A DNA stretch of 57,373 nt from a virus (lineage: Duplodnaviria > Caudoviricetes): positions 1-57,373 of the IMG/VR virus record IMGVR_UViG_3300025835_000003, one strand, 5' to 3'. The notes beneath the pieces are model-generated. The model had not been told where the DNA came from. It worked only from the letters and a program-made list of their open reading frames with translations, and did not search any database. Shown here one piece after another: positions 26,891-35,655 of the stretch. Made by a program: the position numbers and the translations under genes. The first letter of the stretch is position 1; each line of letters starts with the position of its first letter.

Positions 26891-26990
26891 TAGACAGGTC
26901 TGTCTACCATGATGTATGAGGAGATGCAGATGGATAGACAGGTCTGTCTGCATGGGCATGGAAAAAAAGAAAAATAGACAGGTCTGTCTA
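26891..26990. repeat. Three copies of the palindrome TAGACAG-GT-CTGTCTR (TetR-type operator-like)
   Basis: Copies at 26891-26906, 26935-26950 and 26975-26990. Confidence 0.85.
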
Positions 26991-26994
26991 CCAT

Positions 26995-27013
26995 AATGTA
27001 ATGTTATAACATT
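26995..27013. promoter_or_regulatory. Zur-box-like site AATGTAATGTTATAACATT
   Basis: 17 of 19 positions match AATGTTATAwTATAACATT. Confidence 0.6.
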
Positions 27014-27107
27014 CCATATTTCAGAATGGGGGGAGTAGCCCTTCGATTTGGCAGCCCTCCCCCGGCGGGGGTGGGGTACACACCCACTTACAAGGCTCAA
27101 TTTCCAG

Positions 27108-27235
27108 TTAATGCACCTGCTAATGCACATGCTAATGAACATGCCTAATGCAAAGGATAATACTGCCGGCTAATAGAGCCTATTAACTGCCGGCTAATTA
27201 ACTACCGGTTAATATATTCCACCTAACTGCTGGCA
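27108..27235. repeat. Short repeat clusters: TAATGCACATGC-type and TAACTGCCGGCTAA-type
   Basis: About four degenerate copies of each. Confidence 0.7.
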
Positions 27236-27255
27236 AACTATTTACGATTATTGGG

Positions 27256-27282
27256 GAACTTATGGGGCCTTTAACTGTCTAA
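27256..27282 (+). promoter_or_regulatory. sigmaE/AlgU-type promoter GAACTT-N16-TCTAA
   Basis: Exact consensus and spacing, upstream of the first late-arm gene. Confidence 0.7.
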
Positions 27283-27345
27283 GATGTATTCCCGCTTTTC
27301 TATCCCTACTGCCAGAATAGCATAGAATATAGCTCTGGATACCAT

Positions 27346-28128
27346 ATGCCTCTAAAACCTTCTGAATCGCTCTGTGACGGCCACGAGGGTCTTACCCTAG
27401 CCAGGGTACTACCCACCCCCTGCGTGGACCCCCTAGCTCGATTCAGGAGCCTTAAAGACCGTGTTGGGGAGTCCTTGCCCTCTCTTGTGGTGACGGAAAA
27501 GGATGCAAAGGAATATCGGTTGGGGGTCATGCCCAAGCATTTCTGGTCATCGGTACGCCTTTCTCCAGCCACTAAGGCATTGATTGAGAAGGGACAGCGG
27601 GTAAGAACTTACAACTTTCGAGCGCTTCCCTTGAAGCGAACCAAGAGTGTGAAGGCCAACTGGAAGCGCGCTTCGGTGCGCAAGCAGGTAGAGGATCAAT
27701 CACGTATACGGTCCAGGAGGCGAGACAATGTTCGAGTGAAAACCGATCCCGCCTACTCGTGGCGCAAGTATCGCCTGCGGGCCAGGCGAAAATGCCCAGA
27801 CCTTCCCTTCGATATTTCCAAGGAAGATTGGGATAGGGTCTTCTTGAAGACTCTTCAAGCAACGCCCAACGGGCGATTCCCGGCGATCCGCCGAATAGAT
27901 GGCTCTTTGGGATATACTTATGGAAACTTGCTGTTCTGCGAACCTGTGACTCCTGGGATAGGGGGTAAGCTTGGAAGCACTGAAGGGCGTATCTTGAAAG
28001 CTCTCAAAGAAGATCTTAGAGAAAATAGAAAGCGTTTTACTACTTATGATTCTTTATTGGAATATATAAGAACCAACAGCCATTATAACAAACTAAAGCA
28101 ATATATGGATATTTATTATATTCTTTAA
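27346..28128 (+). CDS. Basic protein with degenerate HNH-like homing-endonuclease motif
   Basis: RARRK...FDISKEDW...RRIDGSLGYTYGN pattern; Zn-binding cysteines not evident. Confidence 0.5.
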   Translation: MPLKPSESLCDGHEGLTLARVLPTPCVDPLARFRSLKDRVGESLPSLVVTEKDAKEYRLGVMPKHFWSSVRLSPATKALIEKGQRVRTYNFRALPLKRTKSVKANWKRASVRKQVEDQSRIRSRRRDNVRVKTDPAYSWRKYRLRARRKCPDLPFDISKEDWDRVFLKTLQATPNGRFPAIRRIDGSLGYTYGNLLFCEPVTPGIGGKLGSTEGRILKALKEDLRENRKRFTTYDSLLEYIRTNSHYNKLKQYMDIYYIL

Positions 28129-28131
28129 ATC

Positions 28132-28390
28132 AGCATGTATGTATAGCTTGCATGTATAGTCTGCATGTATAGAAGCTTCTAAGAGCTTCTAAGAGCTTTT
28201 ATATATAATATATAATATATATATATATATACACAGCTCTATAGAGCTGTGTTAAAAGCTCTTAAGAGCCAAAAAGCTCTTAAGAGCTTAAGAGCTTTTA
28301 ATATATATATCTTTTAAAGATATATATATATTATATATATAATATATATTAAGAGCTCTTAAGCTTTTTATAATTATAGTTTAAGAGTTT
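28132..28390. repeat. AT-rich palindromic island with AAGAGCT repeats
   Basis: GCATGTAT x3; palindromes ACACAGCTCTATAGAGCTGTGT, AAGCTCTTAAGAGCTT and TTAAGAGCTCTTAA; (TA)n runs. Confidence 0.8.
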
Positions 28391-28471
28391 ATGACACACC
28401 CAGCTAAAAAGGAACCCCGCCAAGACGCGGCGCTTTTCTGTATGAATGCTTAACGGATATTTATCTCGATT

Positions 28472-28498
28472 GAACTTCTAGGAACTTATCGGGTCTAA
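28472..28498 (+). promoter_or_regulatory. sigmaE/AlgU-type promoter GAACTT-N16-TCTAA
   Basis: Second exact copy, upstream of the lysozyme/terminase operon. Confidence 0.7.
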
Positions 28499-28536
28499 GA
28501 TTACCGTAACCCATTTAATAAAAGGAACCCACAAGC

Positions 28537-29145
28537 GTGATAGTATCCTTGTCGAGTTACATAATACCTTGCCTATTCTGGCTAATAGGAACCTTTAAAG
28601 ACATGCCAGTTTCACCTGCCGCAAAAGCTAATTATCGGCCTAATAATGACTTCAGGGCAATAGCCGTGGAGCAAATAAAAGTGCACGAGAATTTCAAGGC
28701 TATCCCTTATAAAGACATCGATGGAAAGTTCGCAATCGGTTTCGGCCATAAGAAATATGCGCTCCCCTCGATGAAACCTATTTCCTATGCCAAGGCGATA
28801 AACCTACTATATGATGATCTGGAGCAAGCGGTAAAAGATGCTCGGGCGTTCTATCCAAAGTTCGATAGCGATCTTGGAGAGTTACGAAAAGCCCTTGTGG
28901 TGAACCTTGCTTATAACCTTGGCTTAACAAATCTTTTACAATTCCGAAAACTGCGTGAATGTCTATCGAAAAAAGACTTCGAGGGAGCTGCACATTCTCT
29001 GGAAGATTCTCTTTGGTATAAGCAAACAGGAGATCGCGCCAAGGAAATTGTCTTTGCCATGAGGCACGGAAGATTGCCGAAAAGTTTCTATCTCAGGAAA
29101 CATGATCGTCCTCGTAATACCTCCCCGCAATCCGCACCTCTTTAA
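28537..29145 (+). CDS. GH24 T4-type lysozyme (alternative start at 28603)
   Basis: HE-X8-D...IGFGH, NLAYNLG, FRKL, DSLWYKQTGDRA motifs. Confidence 0.88.
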   Translation: MIVSLSSYIIPCLFWLIGTFKDMPVSPAAKANYRPNNDFRAIAVEQIKVHENFKAIPYKDIDGKFAIGFGHKKYALPSMKPISYAKAINLLYDDLEQAVKDARAFYPKFDSDLGELRKALVVNLAYNLGLTNLLQFRKLRECLSKKDFEGAAHSLEDSLWYKQTGDRAKEIVFAMRHGRLPKSFYLRKHDRPRNTSPQSAPL

Positions 29146-29150
29146 CATTG

Positions 29151-29564
29151 ATGGAAAAGATCACACATATGTCAACCACTAAGAAAAATGGAGTACACCA
29201 TAGAAGCGGGGAATCCAAAGGCCGTAGGATTCGGTCGAAGAAAGAGGTGGATCTTGTATTGAATGTGATGTCCAATTCCCCCAGTGCTGCACACTATGAT
29301 CACTTGGAGATGTTCTATAAGGGAGCATTTGCCAATCAAATAGCCTGGATGGATGCTTACAATGTAAGGGACTCCAAGCAAGAATCCTTACTTGTGGGAA
29401 CGGAAGTGGATCCAGTTACAGGGAAATTGAACGTATTTCCGCTGGCAAAGATCCTTTCAAAGGAAGAAGTGGGGCTATATCGTGCACCCACAGGCAAAGG
29501 GGAATTCTTGCCGGCACCTTGTGAAAGTGAATATGAAGAGAATGAAAATCATGCCCTCAATTAA
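29151..29564 (+). CDS. Hypothetical protein
   Basis: ORF within the packaging operon. Confidence 0.6.
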   Translation: MEKITHMSTTKKNGVHHRSGESKGRRIRSKKEVDLVLNVMSNSPSAAHYDHLEMFYKGAFANQIAWMDAYNVRDSKQESLLVGTEVDPVTGKLNVFPLAKILSKEEVGLYRAPTGKGEFLPAPCESEYEENENHALN

Positions 29565-30060
29565 AACCACTACGAAGGGACGCAACAGGATCCATCCCGC
29601 TGAAGTCGGTACAGAAGAGGCAGGATGGATAACGAAACTGGAGCAGGCTTACAAGGAAGGTGCTTCGGATGAGGAGGTATGTGCTCTTCTTAACATCACT
29701 TATCCTAAATTCATGGAATACTATAGCACTAACTCTAACTTCCAAGAATTGGTGGACATTGGTCGAACACTTTCCAAGGCATGGTGGATAGGCCAGGGCC
29801 GACGCAATATAAAGGACAAGACCTTCAATACCTCCCTATGGGCATTCAACATGAAGAATCTGTTCGGATGGAGTGAAAAGACGCAAGTAGAAGATACGAA
29901 CCGGAAGGGGCAAGGAGAATCTCTGGATGAAATATCCTCGAAGCTCAGAAAGACTCTACCGGCTGTACTCAAGACACTTTATCCAGATATGCAAAATTCT
30001 CAATTGCTTTCCCGATTTAGCAAAGCGGATCCCTCCCTTTCTTCTAAAGCATCCGGTTGA
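29551..30060 (+). CDS. terS: Terminase small subunit (P22 gp3-like)
   Basis: HTH then AWW...FNTSLWAFNMKN; immediately upstream of TerL. Confidence 0.75.
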   Translation: MPSIKTTTKGRNRIHPAEVGTEEAGWITKLEQAYKEGASDEEVCALLNITYPKFMEYYSTNSNFQELVDIGRTLSKAWWIGQGRRNIKDKTFNTSLWAFNMKNLFGWSEKTQVEDTNRKGQGESLDEISSKLRKTLPAVLKTLYPDMQNSQLLSRFSKADPSLSSKASG

Positions 30061-31727
30061 TGTCTTCCATTTCCAACCGCCAAGCAAATAACAGTGTGCC
30101 TTCCTCCAAAGGTTCTCTGGACGCATGGATCGAGGAAAACTCATCGGATGCCAAGAGCGGCGGTGATATTTCTGGAATGGGAAGTGCCGACGCATTCTCT
30201 GGGGGAAGATTGAAAGGGATGTCAGCCAATCATTTGAAAGCACTACTCAATCTGGCTGAAGCCTATAAGGAAGAATTAGAAGGATCAGGAACAAAGAAAC
30301 TTTTCATGCCGGACACTCCTTTTTCCATAGAAAGGTGTCCAAAGCACAAAGCGTTCTTTGATGCAACAAGAGCATATCGAGAAGTCATCTACATGGCAGG
30401 CAACCGGGTAGGAAAGACCAGTTCCGGTGCATTTGCCGTAAGCTGCTGGGCAACAGGAGAATATCCCGAGTGGTGGGAAGGCAAAACTTTCAGCGGCCCC
30501 ACCACAGGGTGGGTCGTTGGAGACACGCACCAAACCACTCGGGATGTTATTCAGAATGCCTTGCTTGGCCCTCCGGGCGCCTTTGGTACCGGATTGATAC
30601 CCAGAGACAGAATTGCACGGGTATTATCCAAGCAAGGTGTGCCGAATGGAATAGAATCGGTGGAAGTCAAACACGTATCTGGGGGGATATCACTAATAGG
30701 ATTCAAGAGTTATGAGCAAGGGGTACGCTCTTTCTATGGTACATCTAAGGACTATATATGGCTGGATGAGGAAGCTCCAGAAATCATAGAAAATGAGTGT
30801 GCCATCCGTGTGATGACTACCGACGGAGTGATACTTCTTACTTTCACGCCTTTGCACGGACTCACCCCTTTGATTATCAACAAGGCCAAGAATGCAGATT
30901 ATCTTCAAGGAGCTACACCTATCCTTGCCTTTGATGACAGAGAAGTAGGTGTCAAGTTTGCTGAACACAAGGCTTCCAATCACAGGATAGCGATTATTCA
31001 AGCAGGTTGGGAGGATGCTCCTTGGCTATCTGAGGAAGAGAAAGAAGCGCTTTATGCGGATACTCCCCCACACCTCAGGGATGCAAGGAGATATGGAAAG
31101 CCCTCTATCGGATCGGGAAACGTGTATCCCATTCCCTTGGAAGCTATCCAAGTACCTCGCTTCACAATACCCAAGAATTGGAGGAGATTGTTTGGAATGG
31201 ATGTAGGATGGAACCGAACGGCTGTGTTGTTTGCAGCAGTTCATCCTGATTCAGATTGTATCTATCTATATGACGAATTATACTTGAGTCAAAAGGAACC
31301 GGACATTGTAGCTTCGTTCATAAAAGCCAAGGGAGGGGACGCTATACCCGGAGTGATCGATCCTTCTGCGAATGGGCGTTCCTCCCATGATGGACGAAAA
31401 CTTCTCACAATGTACAGGCAGCTTGGACTAAAATTGAAAGAAGCGGACAATGCTGTCGAATCCGGCATCCAGGAAACATGGTCACGCATGAGTGCAGGGC
31501 AACTCAAGGTGTTCGACGACTTGCACAGCTTTGCCAAAGAATATGTTGTATATCGCAGGGATTTGAAAGGATCCATCGTTAAGAAGGATGACCACGAAAT
31601 GGATGCCATGCGTTATATTATAGCATCTATCGATTACGCTTCCATTCCAAATACATTCCGTGGCCTTCAGGCCAATATGCAACTTGGGGCAATGAATAAC
31701 TTTGGAGCAAGAAAGTATGATATCTGA
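30060..31727 (+). CDS. terL: Terminase large subunit
   Basis: AGNRVGKT, WLDEE, TFTP, GMDVGW, DDHEMDAMRY motifs. Confidence 0.95.
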   Translation: MSSISNRQANNSVPSSKGSLDAWIEENSSDAKSGGDISGMGSADAFSGGRLKGMSANHLKALLNLAEAYKEELEGSGTKKLFMPDTPFSIERCPKHKAFFDATRAYREVIYMAGNRVGKTSSGAFAVSCWATGEYPEWWEGKTFSGPTTGWVVGDTHQTTRDVIQNALLGPPGAFGTGLIPRDRIARVLSKQGVPNGIESVEVKHVSGGISLIGFKSYEQGVRSFYGTSKDYIWLDEEAPEIIENECAIRVMTTDGVILLTFTPLHGLTPLIINKAKNADYLQGATPILAFDDREVGVKFAEHKASNHRIAIIQAGWEDAPWLSEEEKEALYADTPPHLRDARRYGKPSIGSGNVYPIPLEAIQVPRFTIPKNWRRLFGMDVGWNRTAVLFAAVHPDSDCIYLYDELYLSQKEPDIVASFIKAKGGDAIPGVIDPSANGRSSHDGRKLLTMYRQLGLKLKEADNAVESGIQETWSRMSAGQLKVFDDLHSFAKEYVVYRRDLKGSIVKKDDHEMDAMRYIIASIDYASIPNTFRGLQANMQLGAMNNFGARKYDI

Positions 31728-34146
31728 TGACAAGGACGAATCCGCCGGTTCTACTGGAAAGATATTAAAGGGCCTGAAAAAGGATGATCTCCCTTCTGAG
31801 GGAAAGATTATTCTTTCAGAGAGAGAAAGAAAGGAAATAAAGGACGAACTTGAGAAAGATAAACTCTTAGAGACCAAGCGCAAGCGTGATGAAACCATAG
31901 AAAACCTTGTCACGATGGTTGAGCGCGCGTTTGAGAAGCGCGCATCCCGCCGTAAATCAAAAGAGAATCAATGGTTACGTGCGCAACGCTTATGGCTGGG
32001 AAGCGTTGCATCCGGGCATGGTCACGGAGGAGACGGGATCGGTGGCGGAGGTACCGCCCGAGAGCCTTTTGGAACACACACCAACCGTAAACGTCCTGAC
32101 TTCAATATTGTTAAGACCAAATGCGATATTGCTTTGAGCCATGTCATGTCAATGCAATTTGCAGGAGGGGAAAAGAACTGGTCCATCGTCCCTCCGAATG
32201 TCAAACCCAAAGTAAAGAGTCCTCTCGATATAGAGAAACCCTTGCAGAATGTTAATCCGAACGACGTAGAAGCCTCTTTGCTTGAATCAAAGGAAGAAGT
32301 GCAAAGCGGCCAGGCCAAAGCGTTCAGAAAAGCCAAATTGATGGAAGAAGAAATAGAAGAGCAATTGGAGCAATCCGACTATATCACAGAGTCCGAAGAA
32401 GCCATGTGGAGCTGGGTGGTTCTTGGTACTGGGATAATGAAAGGTCCTGTCAATACCGGCAAACTCAAGAAAGTATATAACCGTGAATCTGACTTTGATG
32501 GAACATCCGTCTGGATTCCTTCATTCTCTGAGGACATATATCCGCGTGTGACCGCTGTATCACCGTGGTTTGTATATCTTGATGACACCACTAATGATCA
32601 CAGGAATCAAAAGAGTATAGTGGAAGTGCATCCGTGGTCCAAACAGGAACTGATTGAAAAGATAAAACATCCCGGATTCATAGGAGAAGCCATCAAGGAA
32701 GCAATTTCTATTCCACCGGAAGAGGGATTGGATAAGTCCTTTTCAGATTTTTCCTCTCTTTCCGATACCAACCCAAATCTATTTGCCAAGAAATTCATTG
32801 TTTTGGAATATCACGGGCCGATCACACGGAAGCAAATAGATACCGTTGGAGTGAAATCACAATTTGATCTGGACGATATCCCAGACGAGAATCTCTATGG
32901 AGAGGTTTGGGTTGTAAATGGACAGATGATACGCTTTGAATTAAGTGTTATCGAAGGGGCCTTCTCTCCTCCCTACAGTATAACCGTTTGGGAAAAAGAT
33001 CCCGCCTCTCCCTATGGGCATGGAGTACCTTCTCTTGTAGCAGATCCTCAGCGTGTTGTGAGCCAGGCATGGCACATGATTCTTGACAATGCTTCAATGT
33101 CTTCTGGTCCACAGATTGTCATACAGCAATCAGTAATAGAACCAGCAAACGGAGAATGGGAGTTTCATCCAAGAAAGGTGTGGATCAATAGAGATCTTGG
33201 AGCAGATAACAAACGAGCATTTGAGTTTTTCATCACTCCTAATGTCATAAATGAACTTTCACAAGTTCTTCAAATGGCAAGATCCTTTGCCGAAGAAGAA
33301 TCTGGCATTCCTCTTCTCAACGCCGGATTGGGTTCTCCTGAATCGATGGTGGATAGCGCCACAGGTACGGCCCAATTAAACAGGAACTCTACTGTATTGC
33401 TGGATAGAAAAGCAGAACGCTGGGATTCCAATATCACCGAACCCCTCATTTCTCGTATGTATGATTGGAACATGCAATTCAATGAAGATGATTCTATAAA
33501 AGGCAATTTCAATATCAGAGTGCTTTCCTCGACGGATTTCAGAAACAAACAAGCTTATATCAAAGACCTGGAGAAGGTATCGGTTGAAACAGCCAACAAT
33601 CCAGAGATGGCAAAGAGAATCAATCAAGGAGCATTGCAAAGAGCCCGCTTGTCTATGATGCAATTACCTTACACAGATATTATAATGGATGAAGAGGAAG
33701 TCGCAGAAGCTGAAAGAAAGGCTGCGGAGAATAAGAATAATACTCCTGATCCAGCCAGTATCAAGGCACTTGCTGAATTGGAGAAATTGGAACTTGACAA
33801 AGCTCGATTGGAACTTGACTTCAAGAAGCTGGAGTTCGAACAAACACTCAATCAGCAACGAGAGACATTGGAAAGCCAGGAGCGTTTGGCTGCCACACAA
33901 GCACGTCTTACTGAATCGCAGGCACAAATTCTCAAGGCAGATACGGATAGGGAAATTGCGCTTATCAATCTTGCCGCTAAAGAAGAATCCGCAGCAAGGA
34001 GAGATCAAATCCTTATTGAAAGCATGAAGGAAGATTCTGCCAATAAGAAATTCATTGCTGGCCTTCAACACCTTTCAAAGACTCGGCAACAAGTACTTAC
34101 GCAGGCGGAACTTGAACTTGCGCAAGCTACCGGAAAAGGAATATAA
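31717..34146 (+). CDS. Portal protein with long C-terminal coiled coil
   Basis: Follows TerL; GTGIMKGP, EYHG and ILDNA.S.GPQI motifs; helical barrel-like tail. Confidence 0.85.
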   Translation: MISDDKDESAGSTGKILKGLKKDDLPSEGKIILSERERKEIKDELEKDKLLETKRKRDETIENLVTMVERAFEKRASRRKSKENQWLRAQRLWLGSVASGHGHGGDGIGGGGTAREPFGTHTNRKRPDFNIVKTKCDIALSHVMSMQFAGGEKNWSIVPPNVKPKVKSPLDIEKPLQNVNPNDVEASLLESKEEVQSGQAKAFRKAKLMEEEIEEQLEQSDYITESEEAMWSWVVLGTGIMKGPVNTGKLKKVYNRESDFDGTSVWIPSFSEDIYPRVTAVSPWFVYLDDTTNDHRNQKSIVEVHPWSKQELIEKIKHPGFIGEAIKEAISIPPEEGLDKSFSDFSSLSDTNPNLFAKKFIVLEYHGPITRKQIDTVGVKSQFDLDDIPDENLYGEVWVVNGQMIRFELSVIEGAFSPPYSITVWEKDPASPYGHGVPSLVADPQRVVSQAWHMILDNASMSSGPQIVIQQSVIEPANGEWEFHPRKVWINRDLGADNKRAFEFFITPNVINELSQVLQMARSFAEEESGIPLLNAGLGSPESMVDSATGTAQLNRNSTVLLDRKAERWDSNITEPLISRMYDWNMQFNEDDSIKGNFNIRVLSSTDFRNKQAYIKDLEKVSVETANNPEMAKRINQGALQRARLSMMQLPYTDIIMDEEEVAEAERKAAENKNNTPDPASIKALAELEKLELDKARLELDFKKLEFEQTLNQQRETLESQERLAATQARLTESQAQILKADTDREIALINLAAKEESAARRDQILIESMKEDSANKKFIAGLQHLSKTRQQVLTQAELELAQATGKGI

Positions 34147-34174
34147 TACTCATCACCATTATTGACATTCCTAT

Positions 34175-34414
34175 ATGATTACACTTCCTCAACAGCCTTC
34201 AGTAGATTTCAACACTTTCCATTGGGAAGATATGAAAGCTTATCTTCAATATCTTCTTGATAAGGAACGTGAAAAGAACGACAACACAAGAGCTTCTTTG
34301 AAATCCGTGTTTGTCACAAAAGGGAGAATAAGTGTATTGAAGGAACTTATATCCCTTGATGTAGCTTCAGATCGAACGAGATCTATAAATCTTCAAAACA
34401 GCTTTACCGAATAA
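34175..34414 (+). CDS. Small conserved head-module protein
   Basis: W..MK.YL...KGRISVLKELI pattern between portal and scaffold. Confidence 0.6.
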   Translation: MITLPQQPSVDFNTFHWEDMKAYLQYLLDKEREKNDNTRASLKSVFVTKGRISVLKELISLDVASDRTRSINLQNSFTE

Positions 34415-34470
34415 TGTAAAGTCTCACTATCCACTATAGTGCTTAATACCGGAGTATATAATATATCGCC

Positions 34471-35649
34471 ATGAATACAAATACCAAAGATACACCAAAG
34501 GAAAACACGATTACCAGCCAGCAATTGTTTAATAAGCTTGGCGCAGCAATGGATTCTCAAGATATTACAGCAGTAGATGAATTGATGTCGCTTGAATTGT
34601 CGGACGAAAGCGGCGAAGAATCCTCTGAAGATGCTCCTGAAGATAGGAGTATTCCACACAATGTCACACGCTCCGCTGATAAAGAAGATGAAGAGGATGC
34701 TAAGGCAGCGGATGAAGGCCAGAAAGTTGAGGCATCCCCTGCGAAAGAAGAAGAAGAACATGACGTACCTAGTTGGGTAAAAAAGCTGGATGAAGAAGAG
34801 AAAGGTGCGGCACTTCAGTATTTATCTTCAATCGATCTACTCAAGAAACAAAATGATTTCCTTTCGCACCAAAGCCGTTCAAGTTCTGGGCGAGTATCTG
34901 CCTTACAGAAGCAGATAAATGATCTTAAGAAAGCGCTGGAAGATGCCCAGGCAAATTCTTCAAAGCAGCAAGCAGGTTCGCCAAGCGGTGATACCGCGCA
35001 ATCAGACAAGACACAGAGTGCTTCCTCTTTTGAATTAGAAGAAGATGAGACACTTGAAGATTTAAAGAAGAGTGATCCGGCCCTTTATAAACTCATAAAG
35101 CGCCGGGAAGATGCGGTAAAGAAAGCAATCGAACAGCATGATACGCAGTTCGAGAAAGTGTTCGATCAGAGGATGCGAGAAACGCTTCAGCCTTTGGAAC
35201 AGACTCGACAAAAGTCTGAACTAGACGCTGAGACAAGCAGACTCCTTGAAAGAGTCCCTAATGCTCGTGAAGTTGTGACATCTCCTTATTGGAGTTCATT
35301 TGTTGAAAATTCAACCCCTGGTGTACAGGCGTTGGCCAATTCAACAAAACATGAAGATGTCATAGAAGCTATGCGCTTGTATTCGTTGTGGGTGTATGAC
35401 CAAGGACTTGCCAATCCCCAAGCGGCTTCGCAAGAAACGGTAGCAGCGCCTTTACAGGAAACGAGTTCAGTAAAACAAACACAGCAAGCACGAAGGGAAA
35501 AATTAGGTCAGTCGAAAGATGTATCGACAGACAAGAAACCCACAATATCCGCAGGCGGAAGCGATGCGGATGAACTCGACATGGAAGCACTTCTTGCAAA
35601 GGATTTTGAAAAGATAGTAAAGCAAGAGGGGCTATTTTCACGGAGATAA
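34471..35649 (+). CDS. Capsid scaffolding protein
   Basis: Acidic, helical; GRVSALQKQ; directly upstream of the MCP. Confidence 0.75.
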   Translation: MNTNTKDTPKENTITSQQLFNKLGAAMDSQDITAVDELMSLELSDESGEESSEDAPEDRSIPHNVTRSADKEDEEDAKAADEGQKVEASPAKEEEEHDVPSWVKKLDEEEKGAALQYLSSIDLLKKQNDFLSHQSRSSSGRVSALQKQINDLKKALEDAQANSSKQQAGSPSGDTAQSDKTQSASSFELEEDETLEDLKKSDPALYKLIKRREDAVKKAIEQHDTQFEKVFDQRMRETLQPLEQTRQKSELDAETSRLLERVPNAREVVTSPYWSSFVENSTPGVQALANSTKHEDVIEAMRLYSLWVYDQGLANPQAASQETVAAPLQETSSVKQTQQARREKLGQSKDVSTDKKPTISAGGSDADELDMEALLAKDFEKIVKQEGLFSRR

Positions 35650-35655
35650 ATAATT

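Noticed and set aside
26891-26990. Possible mini-CRISPR array
   Set aside because: Repeats are only 16-18 bp, spacers are low-complexity and unequal, and there are no cas genes; operator geometry fits better.
26761-27142. ORFs 26761..26994 - and 26792..27142 -
   Set aside because: They are translations of the repeats, without a clear RBS or protein-like composition.
27198-27212. CtrA box implying an alphaproteobacterial host
   Set aside because: Only one exact TTAA-N7-TTAA, embedded in a local repeat family; insufficient for host assignment.
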